The position numbers were made by a program, and so were the translations under genes. A stretch of 64,000 nt of DNA from Felis catus (taxonomy: Eukaryota). Position 1 is the stretch's first letter. Every line of letters begins with the position of its first letter. The stretch spans positions 160,334,001 through 160,398,000 of the forward strand of contig NC_058368.1 of the NCBI RefSeq assembly GCF_018350175.1, given 5' to 3'. The notes beneath the pieces were generated by a model. It was given only the letters and a program-made list of their open reading frames with translations, did no database searches and was not told where the DNA came from. Below are positions 27,250-39,434 of the stretch, piece after piece.

Positions 27250-27500
27250 GAGTGTAATGGTTAAGCATATGGGTTTAGAGATAAAGTATTGGGTTGAGGC
27301 ACTAGAGTTTAATTGCCATGTGACTGAGCCAGCAGCTTAGCCTCACTAATCCTTTATTTTTATCTACAAGATTTAAATAATAATAATCATATTTACATTA
27401 TAGAATTATGAAAAGGTGATATATTACATTAAAGCACTTGGTACCCGAACGGGTTGTTTGTGGCTTAGCATAGCAGTTAGTGCACCACTTTATTATTATT
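27250..27500. mobile_element. MIR fragment
   Basis: gtaatggttaagcat...taaagcacttgg. Confidence 0.55.
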
Positions 27501-27669
27501 AATGGGCACCAAATTAGTCCATTAATAATTTATGATACAATAGTTTTTTCCATTACTATTAATTCATTTTAATTTTTCCTTTTCTCTTGCACCACTGAGG
27601 TCAATATTATTTTAGCAACTTGTTTTTCACCTTCATTGTTAGTACTCTGTAGAGATCCACTTTATGATA

Positions 27670-27905
27670 TATTTTGTTTATTTATGGGGGGGCACAAGCG
27701 TGTGAGGGGCAGAGAGAGAGGGAGAGAGAAAGAATCCCACAAGGGGCAAAGAGCAAGAGAGAAAGAGAAGTTGGGCTCACCAAATCAAGGCATGAGCTCA
27801 CCGAATTTGGGTTAGAACTAACCGAATGTGGGACTCAAACTTGTGAACTGTGAGATCATGACCTGAACCAAAGTCAGATGCTTATGCTGAGCCATCCAGA
27901 TGCCC
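27670..27905 (-). mobile_element. CAN-SINE variant with internal tandem repeats
   Basis: SINE head plus 3-4 degenerate gggctc(g)aactcacc(g)aa units. Confidence 0.85.
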
Positions 27906-27907
27906 TG

Positions 27908-28183
27908 ATTTATTTTATTTTATTTTATTTTATTTTATTTTATTTTATTTTATTTTATTTTATTTTATTTATTTTTAAGTTAATTTTATTTATTTTTTTA
28001 TTAATATTTTGAGGGAGGGAGGGAGGGAGGGAGAGAGAGAGAGAGAGAGAGAAAGGGAGACACAGAATCCGAAGCACAGAAGCTGTCAGCACAGAGTTTG
28101 AAGTGGGGCTCAAACCCCCAAATCTTGAGATCATGACCTGAGCTGAAGTCAGACACTCAGCTGACTGAGCCACCCAGGCACCC
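27908..28183 (-). mobile_element. CAN-SINE with (TTTTA)n tail
   Basis: Head at about 28183; pentamer tail at about 27908-27975. Confidence 0.92.
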
Positions 28184-28258
28184 CATAATATATTGTATTT
28201 TAAATGGTGGAATAGTTACATAGGTTGGCAACACAGTTGCCAGCTTAGAACTTAATAC

Positions 28259-28389
28259 CTAATATTAACATGGTCTGACAGACAATGAATGCTGTGCCAC
28301 AATTCAGTCCTGACTAAAACTCCACAGTATTTTTGCATTAATAGAATTTTGATAATCCAGCATGAGAAAAATTTCAAAACTTTGAAACC
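28259..28389 (-). pseudogene. Exon GFKVLKFFSCWIIKILLMQKYCGVLVRTELWHSIHCLSDHVNI
   Basis: tttatctctttcaag| acceptor and AG|gtatta donor; 131 bp, open, phase 0/2. Confidence 0.55.
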
Positions 28390-28470
28390 CTTGAAAGAGA
28401 TAAACGAGTAGTAAAAAATAGCCATACTCTCAAACCAACCACCTAGTTTCTTAACGTGTTTCGTCAAAAT

Positions 28471-28526
28471 CATATGGAAGATCAAAAGCAACTCAAAGCA
28501 TATAGAAGATCAAAAGCAACTCAAAG
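28471..28526. repeat. 28-bp tandem duplication
   Basis: catat(g/a)gaagatcaaaagcaactcaaag x2. Confidence 0.95.
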
Positions 28527-29047
28527 GTATGAACGATGAAAAGCTTTACAGCCCTCTACAGTTACATTAAAGGTCAAATTATTTCAAATTTGAAACTTAA
28601 TCTTTCTGTCATGCTCAGAGTTGGGGAAGATAGCTTTTTGTTAAGTAGAGTGGGTGAAGGTCACATAAGCTGCTGTACCACCAGAAAGAGAAGGGGTGGG
28701 TAGGTCAAATGTGGGGGTTTACTTTTCATGCCAGGGAAGTACCAAAGAGCTGTTTCTAATGGGGGGAGGGTAGTTCTATCCAAAGCAGTGATATAGGCAC
28801 TCAGACTCTCTTCTCCTGGGCCCAGATCTCCAACACGTGGGCTACACTATTGCTGTGTTGTGCTTTTTTTGAGAAAGGCTGTCACTGTCGATAAAGCTGT
28901 TTGTGTCCCTGAAGGAAAAGTAAGGCTGCTACAATTTCAAAGAAGGGTTTAAAACTTTTTGTATAGTGATATATTGTATTTTCACAGTATGTAGGTATCT
29001 TTTGTATTTTTTGCAGAGATCTTTTACTAATTCTCCTGCTCTTTTAC

Positions 29048-29239
29048 CTTATCAAGTTTCTTAGGTACTTTGTGCCTCAAGTTCATCAATGATATCTGGC
29101 TTGAAGCTATATTCTTAGCAAATGACCCAGTAGAATGATGCATATTTAAATTGCCTATTTTGCTAAAAAGTATTTGGTAGGAGCATCTGAAATGACTAGC
29201 TGGTTCAAGAGTTTCCATTCTTGAAATTGTCCAAAAATT
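29048..29239 (-). pseudogene. Exon NFWTISRMETLEPASHFRCSYQILFSKIGNLNMHHSTGSFAKNIASSQISLMNLRHKVPKKLDK
   Basis: tttttctaaatag| acceptor and AAG|gtaaaa donor; 192 bp, open, phase 0/0. Confidence 0.6.
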
Positions 29240-29999
29240 CTATTTAGAAAAACATTTTCTCATATGTTGGTACTAGATAGTGAAGAAATGTAAGATTGCA
29301 TTTAAAATGTATTAGGCTGAGGCATCTTTGACTGGAATGAAAACACCCAGAAGGTAAGAGGCATTCTCTGTCACAAAATAAAACAAAGAGATGTGTTTAG
29401 AATTCTGTGGCTAAATAATTTGTCTTTGCCATGAATATGGTTAAAGTCATTCTTAGGAATAAGATAATATGTTGATATGAAAGTAGGAATCTCTGACAAA
29501 TATGGATGATATAAGCAATGTAGAAATACTTTTGAGGCCCAGAACAGAAACATTATTTTATGTGAGTAGTGAGATATGTTTCAATTCAAAATGTTAACTA
29601 TATAATCATGTTACATACTTATTAGAAGTAAATTTCTAATTAAAGCAAATCTCATATTTATATATCATATTGCATTAATTACTTTGGGCTATAGCAATGC
29701 TTACATATAAGTTTTGCTTATTTAATCTTAGTCATTTTGGTAGTAGTATTCATTATTTCTTTATTCCTTTTCTTTATCTTTGTCCTCAAAATGAGAGTTG
29801 TTAAACTGATTGCTTTATTTATACCCCAAAAAGAAAATGTTCACTACAACAGAGTTTGATTTATGTAGTTTGATTGCCCTTGGGATGGTCAGTTTGAATC
29901 CTGACAAATTAGGTAAGATAATCTTATGAATAGATACTGAAAACCCTATGGTATGTTATATAAGAAAAAACGCATTATGGAACCACTCCTGTCACCTTT

Positions 30000-30227
30000 A
30001 TTATTGTTTTAAACATTTTTTTAAACATTTCTTTATTTTTGAGAGACAGAGAGGGACAGAGTGCAAGTGGAGAGGGGCAGAGAGAGAGGGAGACACAGAA
30101 TCTGAAGCAGACTCCAGGCTCTGAGCTGTCAGCAAAGAGCCCAATGCGGGGCTCGAACCCACAATTCATGAGCTCATGACCTGAGCTGAAGTTGGATGCT
30201 TAACTGACTATGCCACCCAGGCATCCC
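30000..30227 (-). mobile_element. CAN-SINE
   Basis: TSD ctc(c/t)tgtcaccttt. Confidence 0.93.
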
Positions 30228-30327
30228 TGCTCTTGTCACCTTTAAATAAGACACTTGTCTGGTGCTGTATGTAATTCCAAATTTTATTTTTGGATAACGG
30301 TTTTAAGAATTTTTGTTCATAAATTCA

Positions 30328-30546
30328 TTTTTTAAAAAATGTTTTTAACGTTTATTTTTCAGAGACAGAGACAGAGTGTCAGTGGGGGAGGGCAGAGAGA
30401 GAGAGGGAAACATAGAATATGAAGCAGGCTCCAGGCTCTGAGCTGTCAGCACAGAGCCCGATGTGGGGCTCAAACTCACAAACCATGACATATTGACCTA
30501 AGCTGAAGTTGGATGCTTAACCAACTGAGCCACACAGGCACCCCCC
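30328..30546 (-). mobile_element. CAN-SINE
   Basis: TSD cataaattcatttt. Confidence 0.93.
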
Positions 30547-30718
30547 ATAAATTCATTTTAATTCATAGCAAGACATGAGATTTTATTGCTATCCTATGAT
30601 ATCTCAAACAAATGCTTCCTTTAAAATTTTTTTTTTTTGAAATGAGCATAGATGATGATAGACATCTAGTGCTACAACGTTTCCCAAGTTATTAGATAGA
30701 ATAAGAATCACCAAGTCA

Positions 30719-30928
30719 GGGGCGCCTTGGTGGCTCAGTTGGTTGAGCGTCTGGCTTTTGATTTTGGCTCAGGTCATGATCTCATGGTGATGGGATTGAG
30801 CCCTGTGTTGGGCTTGGTGCTGACCGCACAGAGCCTGACTAGGATTCTCTCTCTCTCTATCTCTCTGCCCCTCCCTGACTCTCTTGCTCTTTCTTTCAAA
30901 ATAAATAAATAAACATTAAAAAAAAAAA
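30719..30928 (+). mobile_element. CAN-SINE
   Basis: TSD tcaccaagtcag. Confidence 0.93.
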
Positions 30929-31404
30929 GAGAGTCACCAAGTCAGTGAATATTCCATATACCTTCCTAGGTGTTGGGAATATAGCAGTGATAAAACTCCT
31001 TAGAATAAGGCAGAGAGAGCTTTCTCCCACCTGGACACCAAAAAGGAAATTCACTTTATATATGGTGAATCGAATAGGGCTAGGCCTCCAATTGCAAAAC
31101 TTAAACCCCTAAACAACTTACTTTGTATTGTTCATGATCAAGTTCTCATAATCCATCACGGTTTCTCATATCCTTCATTCAGTATTATTTCTCACCTTTT
31201 ACCTCCCAATTATAGTAGCACCAACATGCTCTCAAACAGCCATAGTCACATAGAGAAATTTAATTTGAATTCTGTGCCTGACAATCCATGCTTAACAAAT
31301 TGTTTTCTATTATAATGGCCCCTAATAATATTCTTGGATATAATAGTCTGTCTCTCTCATTTTGTTTGTGTTGGCGAAAACGCCTTCCTGAAGTGGAAAA
31401 ATAC

Positions 31405-31497
31405 CTTGGAAAATGTCAAAGAATAAGAAGTTGGTTTCTTAGTGTTAAAAAAAAAGCCTCTTTGAGATATGGGGACATTCTCTGACAGAATGTGAAT
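31405..31497 (-). pseudogene. Exon IHILSENVPISQRGFFFNTKKPTSYSLTFSK
   Basis: ttttgcgtttatag| acceptor and AAG|gtattt donor; 93 bp, open, phase 0/0. Confidence 0.5.
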
Positions 31498-32061
31498 CTA
31501 TAAACGCAAAATATTTTGTCAGCCAAAATAATATTTCTGTGTCTTCCGAATAGTAATGAGTTTCATAGTCTGGATGGGAAGGTATAGAGGTCAGAGTCAT
31601 TATGACAGATTTTAGATTATGAGAAATGGTAAGCAAAGAAAATCTAAATGATAGGCCCTAAAACTGTATGCATGTCACTTGGTTACAGTAGCCATTAGTG
31701 GTAATTTCTTAAGCTATATACAGCAAGACAGAGGAGATTGCATAGCAAGAAGCTAAGGAAATTAAAAGAATGATAATAGACACATTAAGACAGAATTGAG
31801 GAATTAAGAGAGATGAGGGAGAAATGAGTGTGGTTGTGATTAGCAGGAGAATATTTATGATTATGAAAGTGAGGGGAAGAAACTGAAATACAGCGTTTAA
31901 AACCTTATTGAGGGATGCCATATTATGCTTTTGTTTAAATACAACATTCAAAAATAAGTAATCACTTTTATATGCAACCAGATAGAATGCTGAACTCTGT
32001 AGTCAGCATTTTGTCTTGTGCTTTGAATTGATTTAATTTATTTCCTTAGTTAAGAACTTCT

Positions 32062-32265
32062 GGGCTCCTGGGTATCTTAGTTGGATAAGCTTCCAACTCT
32101 TGATTTTGGCTCTGGTCATGATCTCATGGTGGTAAGACTGAGACCCTTGTGGGGCTTGCACTGGGCATGGAGTTTGCTTAAGATTCCTTCTCTCTCCCTC
32201 TGTCCCTCTCCCCCATTCGCATTCTCTCTCTCTCTCTCTCAAAAAAAAAAAAAAAAAAAAAAAAA
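32062..32265 (+). mobile_element. CAN-SINE
   Basis: Diverged head, (CT)n, long A tail. Confidence 0.9.
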
Positions 32266-32446
32266 CGAAAAGCACTTCTATGTTTCAATTCAGGTTGAGG
32301 TTTTGTTTTGTTTTGTTTTTGTTTTTTTAAATAATTTCCATGTTCCCACAGAGAAGAAAAAAATAAACTACTTGCATAGATTTAGGTGAGACAAAGGATG
32401 ACCTTTTTGAGGGAAGTGTGGAATGAACACTGAAAGTATCAATCAC

Positions 32447-32555
32447 CTGAGAAAGGTTGAAAAAACCATGTCTGGCAGTCCCAGGCCAGATTATCATGCA
32501 TTGTATGTCCAGGCTGGAAGTTGAACAAAGCAGCCTCTGAAATTCCCTCCTGGAT
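32447..32555 (-). pseudogene. Exon (R)SRREFQRLLCSTSSLDIQCMIIWPGTARHGFFNLSQ
   Basis: ctaatcacag| acceptor and CAG|gtgatt donor; 109 bp, open, phase 2/0. Confidence 0.55.
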
Positions 32556-32649
32556 CTGTGATTAGTCAATAATATTTTGTTAAATGTACTGCAGTTGTAA
32601 GAAATTCAGAATTTTTTAAAAGTTTATAAATTAAACTGATTATGAAAAA

Positions 32650-32847
32650 ATATGAGAGAGAGAGAGAGACAGAGAGAGAGAGAGTGCAAGCGAGCATGAG
32701 TAGAGGAGGGGCAGAGAGAGGAAGAGAAGCCGAAGCAGGCTCTATGCTCAGTGTGGAGTGATGTGGGACTCAGTCTCACCACCATGAGGTCAAGACCTAA
32801 GCCAATATTGAGTTGGCCAATTAACTGACTGAGCCACCCAGGTGCCC
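32650..32847 (-). mobile_element. CAN-SINE
   Basis: gagccacccaggtgcccc head. Confidence 0.9.
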
Positions 32848-33024
32848 CAAAACTGATATATTTGAGGGCAAACATTTCTCAGCTTGATTTTATCAGTATT
32901 GGCACTTTTCAAAAATCATATATATAAAATTCATTTCAGCAACCTGTGAATGCAGGTTGTTATGAGTATGTGAATCACCAGTCTGTGTCTTAGATAAAGT
33001 TTTAACAAGGCTACACACTGAACA

Positions 33025-33147
33025 TTTTTATTTTTATTTTTTTACAATTTTATTTTTAAGTATCTCTACACCCAGTGTGGGGCTTGAACTCACAACCCTG
33101 AAATCAAGAGCTAGATGCTCTACCAACTGGTCCAGCCAGGTGCCCCC
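33025..33147 (-). mobile_element. Short CAN-SINE lacking the CT tract
   Basis: Head plus tail only. Confidence 0.85.
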
Positions 33148-33256
33148 GCATCAACAGTTTTAATAGAAAGGAACATTTTAGGTAATCAGGGTAAGCAGCA
33201 AATATTTGTTTACATTATACATATATTTTTTGTTGGTTCCATGTGATTTTATACTC

Positions 33257-33258
<2 letters not shown>

Positions 33259-33304
<46 letters not shown>
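33259..33304. repeat. (GT)n microsatellite
   Basis: Direct reading. Confidence 0.97.
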
Positions 33305-33307
<3 letters not shown>

Positions 33308-33502
33308 ATACAATGAATGGTTATTAATAAAACATACCTAAAAATGAATTTTTTATGAAAAAATAAAATTGAGAGAATACAAATGAGTTTACTAACTTCA
33401 TATATTGAACATCTTTTCATATCAGCAAGTACATAGGTATACCTTTCTTTTTACTGTAGCACAGTTGTAGTTAAAGTTTAATTCAGTTTAAGATTTCTTA
33501 AT

Positions 33503-33559
33503 TAATGGATATATCATTTCCACATTTTCCTGTAATGGATATATCATTTCCACATTTCC
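33503..33559. repeat. 30-bp-period tandem duplication
   Basis: taatggatatatcatttccacattt x2. Confidence 0.95.
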
Positions 33560-33789
33560 ATGACTCAGTGATCATCACTGTTCACATGTCCTGTAAATCT
33601 TCCTCTAGTATAGCCATTGGCTATACAACCATAGATAGGCTGTGTTCATTGAGTTTGCAAAAAATGTATGTGTGAAGGCACAGTATAGATAAGACCTCAT
33701 TACATATGGAACTTGAGTTTACAGTAAATACTGAGTGAGAAATAAATAGAACAAAGCAATTAAACAGTAATTATTGAGAAATTACAATA

Positions 33790-34150
33790 ATTGGAAAAAA
33801 GGCAAACTGTATATTTTATTTTATTTTTTGCTAGATTTCACCAAATGTTCTTCCTAGAAAGGTCACACCAATTTACCCTTCCCCAAATACTTGTATGAAA
33901 CTGCCTTTTTCTCCATATGCTATCAGTGATTATCATCAGTTTTAGTTATCTAACAATTATCATATTTTGGCCATATTTTCATGTTTAAATCATTTGCATT
34001 TCTATATGAATTGTTCATATATTTTTGTCCATCTGGTTCATTTTTTTCTGAATTATTTATGAAGTGCTTATTATGGATATTAATCCTTTTTGTTTTGTAT
34101 ATGAAAAATAGTTTTTAATTGTTATTGCAAAAGTTTCTTTCCTCTCTATA
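33790..34150 (-). mobile_element. Ancient L1 (L1M-type) fragment
   Basis: Degenerate antisense ORF2-end sequence. Confidence 0.5.
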
Positions 34151-34253
34151 TGACATTTGACCAATATCTTCTGTATTTGTAGCCTACTTAATTAATCTGT
34201 ACCCTAACAATGTGCTTCTACTGAATTTGACATTTTAACTCTGGGCATTTACA

Positions 34254-34483
34254 TTTTTTTTAATGTTTATTCATTTTTGAGAGAGAGAGGCAGAGACAGA
34301 GAGCATGAGCAGTGGCGGCGGGGGGGGGGGGGGGCAGAGAGAGAGGGAGACACAGAATACCAAACAGGCTCCAGCCTCTGAACTGTCAGCACAGAGCCTG
34401 ATGTGGGGCTTGAACCAACGACCTGTGAGATCAAGACCTGAGACAAAGTCAGACACTTAACCGACTGAGCCACCCAGCTGCCC
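34254..34483 (-). mobile_element. CAN-SINE
   Basis: TSD ctgggcattta. Confidence 0.92.
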
Positions 34484-34590
34484 TAGTGCTGGGCATTTAA
34501 AAATGAAAGATGGACATCAGTGGATTTATGAACAAAGTGGAAAAGTTATAAATGTTCTTAGTGACTCAATCATTAATTCCCTATCCTAAC

Positions 34591-34713
34591 CTCATTGTGA
34601 AAGATGTCTGTGCAGATGTTTGCTCTCTCTCAGGATGTAGTGTATTATGGGAAACCTAATCCTGGTGGTTTTTTGTACGACTTTGATTCCCTTTCTCCAC
34701 AATGCCAAGGGAG
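34591..34713 (-). pseudogene. Exon SLGIVEKGNQSRTKNHQD*VSHNTLHPEREQTSAQTSFTM (may extend further upstream)
   Basis: cctatttctacag| acceptor and AG|gttagg donor; one TAG at 34658-34656; phase 2 end fits the next exon. Confidence 0.5.
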
Positions 34714-35597
34714 CTGTAGAAATAGGAGTCCTCATCATTCTGGAATGATAGGTAATAGTCTAGTTTTCCACGTCAAAGTCTCTGATGTCTTTGTGCTTAC
34801 TTCTGCTTTCCCTGTGACTCACTTTTATCTATCACAGTGTAAGTGTTGGTAGTTCTATCTTCCAAACATTGTTGCATTACATCATAGGAGTTTTACCTTT
34901 AATTGGCTTTTAAATCTGAGAGTCATTTGAAAAAGGGTACTCTACTATTGATACAAATATTAGCTAGTATTGAGGTATTGAATCAATATTGGCTCAAAGT
35001 ATATTATAAATCAAAAGAATTTTGTATAGATTATTAAAACTTAGCTAGAAGAATGTTCTTATATTTTAAACCTCTCTTTCTATATAAGGTAAGAAATTTA
35101 GTCTATAATAGACTCTTACTTTATGAAAAGAATCTACTAAAATTATATTAGATTTAGTTGGTTGGTTTATTCATGGCATAGATGAGAAAGAATAAAGCTT
35201 TTCCTGTACTGAGAAAAATTAGGAGTTTTGGAACTTCATTGTTCTACCTTGTCATTTTCTATTATTTATTTATTATTTTCTATTCTCTGGTGCCTTTCAC
35301 TGGTAGCAAGTCAATGACCTTGGTCAGCTGCACACAAAGAATATTTAGGTTGCTGTTACATTATTACATTATATTATTGTAGCACATTTAACAATAAAAT
35401 TTTTACTTGAAATATTTATTGACCTCTTTTGCTGAGAATAATACTCATGTCCTCAGAAAAGTATTAAATGAAAAACCCTGTGTATCAGGGATAGGCAGGG
35501 GATACTTTTAATATTTTCTTAATAAAATTAGTTAAACTATTATACAAATATTTTATTATACATATAAATATTTTTTTTGTTTCAAAGTGTTAAATGT

Positions 35598-35815
35598 GAG
35601 AGCACCTAGGTGGCTCACTTTGTTGAGGATCAGACTCTTGATTTGTGCTCAGGTTGTGATCCCAGGGTGGTGGGATGGAGTCCCATGTTGGGCTCCATGC
35701 TGAGTGTGGAGCCTGCTTAAGATTCTCTCCCTCTTTCCATTTGCCCCTCTCCCCCACTTGTGCTCTCTCTTTTTCTCAAACAAAAACAAAAACAAACTGA
35801 AAAACAAAATGAAAC
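35598..35815 (+). mobile_element. CAN-SINE
   Basis: TSD caaagtgttaaatgt. Confidence 0.92.
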
Positions 35816-36773
35816 AAAGTGTTAAATGTCTTCTATTTCATCTTCCAAACACTGGATTAGATATATTTTGCCCTTATAAGCACATAATCTGTTGCAGTCA
35901 CAAAAAATTGGGAGAGAATTTTAGAATACTGTTTTCATTCAGTACACAAGGTAAGCCTGGGAATTTTATGAAAATCAAGTTAAGAACAGTCTCTAGCACC
36001 AGTACAAAAGGTAGTAAGAAGCCAAAGTTACTGTGGTGCAAACTGGGAACAATAAAATATAAAGAATTACTGAGAGCCACTTGAAAGTGTATGAGTTAGC
36101 TGTAAATGGAGAAGAAGGTTAAAGTTAAAGACCAAAAGTTAAAATGTTATTATGGAAACTGATTGGCATCAATGTAGGAGAGCCATTTCCAATTTTGTTT
36201 GATGCTTATCTTATAGAACTTGTTACTTTCTTTGCATTCAAAGTCAACCCATGAAACTTTTGATCTTCTTGGTAGTGATATTGTCTTTGAGCTTTTGAGA
36301 GTTAGATTCCCAACATTTTTTGATCAGGTACCATGCCTTCTACTAATACTCAGGTAAATAAAGATTCTATTTGTGGAGGATATCTCTAATACATTTCAAG
36401 TACTGATAATAGAAAACTTCGATAATTTAGCAAAAAGAAGCCCAAGTTTTGAAGCTCACATACTCATAATTTCTCCATAAGTGGTCATTTTATCAATATA
36501 TCAACAAATGTCTAAGCAAGAGAATATTTAGAAAAATAAAAACATTTAGAGAATGATTACAATTTAGTCATTCATAGTTTTGTTTCCAGGAAGACAAAAG
36601 GATGAGTAATAATTGATTAAAGAAATGAGTGAATGAAAGGCTTTGCATTAGGACCCACTCTACAAAGAGTCATGTCCATATCACACATTTAGTGGATGAT
36701 GATTAGGTATGACATTGGTGTATGTCATAGGGTATGTCGTACAGGTATGACAGTGGGGGCACTTTTCTAAATA

Positions 36774-37411
36774 CAGTAAAACCTTGGTTTGTGAGCATAA
36801 TTCGTTCTGGAAACATGCTTGTAATCCAAAGCACTTATATATCAAAGCAAATTTCCCCATAAGAAATAATGGAAGCTCAGATGATTTGTTCCACACCCCA
36901 AAAAATATTCATATAAAAGTGATTACAATACTGTAATATAATACAAAATAATCAAATACAAAATATAAAGAAAAATAAACAAATGAACCTGCCCTTACCT
37001 TTGCCTTCATAGCTGGTGTGAGGGAGATGAGAGAGGAGGGTTGTTGTGTAGGACGACTTTCACTATCACTAATGAATCACTGCTATTGGCTCAATGGAAT
37101 CTTTTTCTTCTCATGCAACTTTAACAAGGAACCTATCCTATGGCACTTCTAACTCCTTTTGAGGATTTCATGGAAATTTGACATTGCATTGATGCTCATC
37201 CACAATCTTGCAGTGAGAAAGAGAGAAGACCCATTGAATCAGTTGTGATCATGTGACATTTCACATGTGACTTGTACTACATATGACTTGAATCACATAT
37301 GTCTTGTATTACAAGACATCACTCATTTATCAAGTTAAAATTTATTAGAAATGTTTGCTCATCTTGTGGAACACTCACAGAACAAGTTACTTGCAATCCA
37401 AGGTTTTAGTG
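36774..37411. mobile_element. Non-autonomous Tc1/mariner Tigger-type DNA transposon
   Basis: Imperfect TIRs cagtaaaaccttggtttg / caatccaaggttttagtg; TA on the left flank. Confidence 0.85.
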
Positions 37412-37959
37412 CACGTATTAAGTACAGGGTTTATGAACAGCAGTTATGATGCTTCATATCACAGAAAAGAGAAAATGTGAAAAGAAAAAGATATGTTTGG
37501 ACAATTGGAATTTGAGTTAGAGAATGAAAAGTGTGTCTTGTGACCTTATTTTTATCAGCCATATTACAATTCTAAAGATCCAGGTGTACCAAGTAAGATA
37601 GACTTCTTTTTGTTCTTAGAATCTGCAGAAGAGTTTACTTAGTTGAAACCTGCTTCCCTTACTACTCCAGAGCTTGGAGAGTGCAAATTAATTATTTACT
37701 GTGTTCTGTTCAGGACCTTAAATTGCCGGGGCTCCACGGGGCTGTATTCTGTGATTAAGTGGAGATGCTGCTTAAACTTTATTCTGTAGGTCCAAAAGTT
37801 AACACGAAACCAGGCATAACCAAAGCTAACACGAATTCAGGTTCATTAGATAATAACATAAAAATTAGTTGAGATTCAAAGAAATATTCTTTCAGTGTTT
37901 TTGTTTTTTTGAGCATTACAAAGATGATGTAGGGTGATGAACCACTTGCTTTACTTTGT

Positions 37960-38140
37960 TATCTTCCTTACCTTAACGATAGTCCTGTGAAGTAGGTAGA
38001 GTATTATCCCTACTTTACAGATGGCAAAACTAAGACTCAGAAGTTGAAGTCATTTGCCCAAGGTTACTTGTTGAATAAATATTAGAGTTATAGTTGAATC
38101 CAAGGTCTCCTTACACTGAAGCCTGTGATCTTAACCACTA
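37960..38140. mobile_element. MIR fragment
   Basis: ttttacagatggcaaaactaagactcagaag...ttgcccaaggtta core. Confidence 0.7.
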
Positions 38141-39197
38141 AAATGTTTAGCCTCCCTATTATTCTATTTCATATATATAAGTCCGTTTTCTACAAAAGTT
38201 AAGTATTCATAAACACAATGCTATTTTTTTTTTTTTTGCAAAAATGAAGCATTTTTGATGTTACGGGTGAATTGTAGATTGACAGGAATCTCAGCTGACC
38301 TGTTATGGTTCCTAGGGGCAGAGAGGAGGGAGCTGCTGCAGCTTGTAATGCAGAACTCCTGTGTTCTTCCCTGAGACCAGGTCATCAATTACACGTTGGG
38401 GGAACTGTACTCATGTTGGGCAAGAGGTACTCAACAAATGTCCTTTCCTCATTCTGTGTGTACTAAGCCACTCTCTTCCTTTGCAGTGCTGATTCTTCAT
38501 TCTAAACGCATTTTAGTTTTATCAGGACAGTGATGATAATTATACAGTGATAATTATATTGTGAGTTGTGGGATATTTGGGCTAATTTTAATTGAAAACA
38601 GCTGGTCAGAAGGAAATAAATGTGTTCAGGGAAAAAAACTCATCAGAAATTAGGTTACTAAATGGAGAAAGAATGGTGCAGGTCAGCCGTGATTGGAGAA
38701 GGAACAGGGAGACTTTACAGAAAGACTGATAGTAAAAGACAGACATACAACAGTGGAGTTAGGGGGTCAGAAGAGGAGGGGAGAGGTGTGTTGAGGGGTG
38801 AGAGAATTAGACAAGAGAAATCAGGAAAAAGAGTAGTATACCTTAACATGTTTTTTTCAGTCAAAGAGGGAAGACAAAGGAGAACCTAAAATAATATGTA
38901 TGAAAACAGTTAAAGCCAAAGTTCCCCTCTCCATAGTTTACGAGACACTCATCTTGTCAAAAGGAACCTTACTGGATTATAATGGTGTTATCATTAATAA
39001 AATCATGTTCAAAAGAAGGAAAATGTAGTAAAAATTAGGTCATCAGTCATCTCGATAATTACAGTTTTGTGAGCATGTGGGGCAATCTAGGGTGGAATTC
39101 ATAAAGTTTTGTGTCACAGAAAAAGGATAATTGCAAGTAAAGGAATATGAATAAAAGGGGCAAATCGAACTTCTACCTTTGAGGGATTAAGATTTAC

Positions 39198-39434
39198 TTG
39201 CCCATTTGTTCTCCTGACTGTACTCAAGCCATTGTCATCAACATGATCATATTGAGTAAATATATGTATAAGTTAGATAAATGCATGTCCATTGTCTTGT
39301 TGGGCCTACTGGTCACCATCACTGTTTGGAAAGAAAACCAGAATTTCCTGGACTGGAAAAGGCTCATGTTTCTCATACACGTATAAAGATTGCGTTGTAA
39401 GCAGGCTGCTTTTACCCAACCACAGGAGGTTGGC
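39198..39434 (-). pseudogene. Candidate exon ANLLWLGKSSLLTTQSLYVYEKHEPFPVQEILVFFPNSDGDQ*...
   Basis: tcttacag| acceptor and |gtaaat donor; 237 bp (79 codons) with two stops. Confidence 0.4.

Noticed and set aside
29017..29064. Plus-strand exon-like segment after tttttgcag
   Set aside because: No phase-compatible partners; overlaps a better minus-strand exon.
35704..36084. 126-aa plus-strand ORF
   Set aside because: Starts in a SINE and crosses its A tail; no coding signal.
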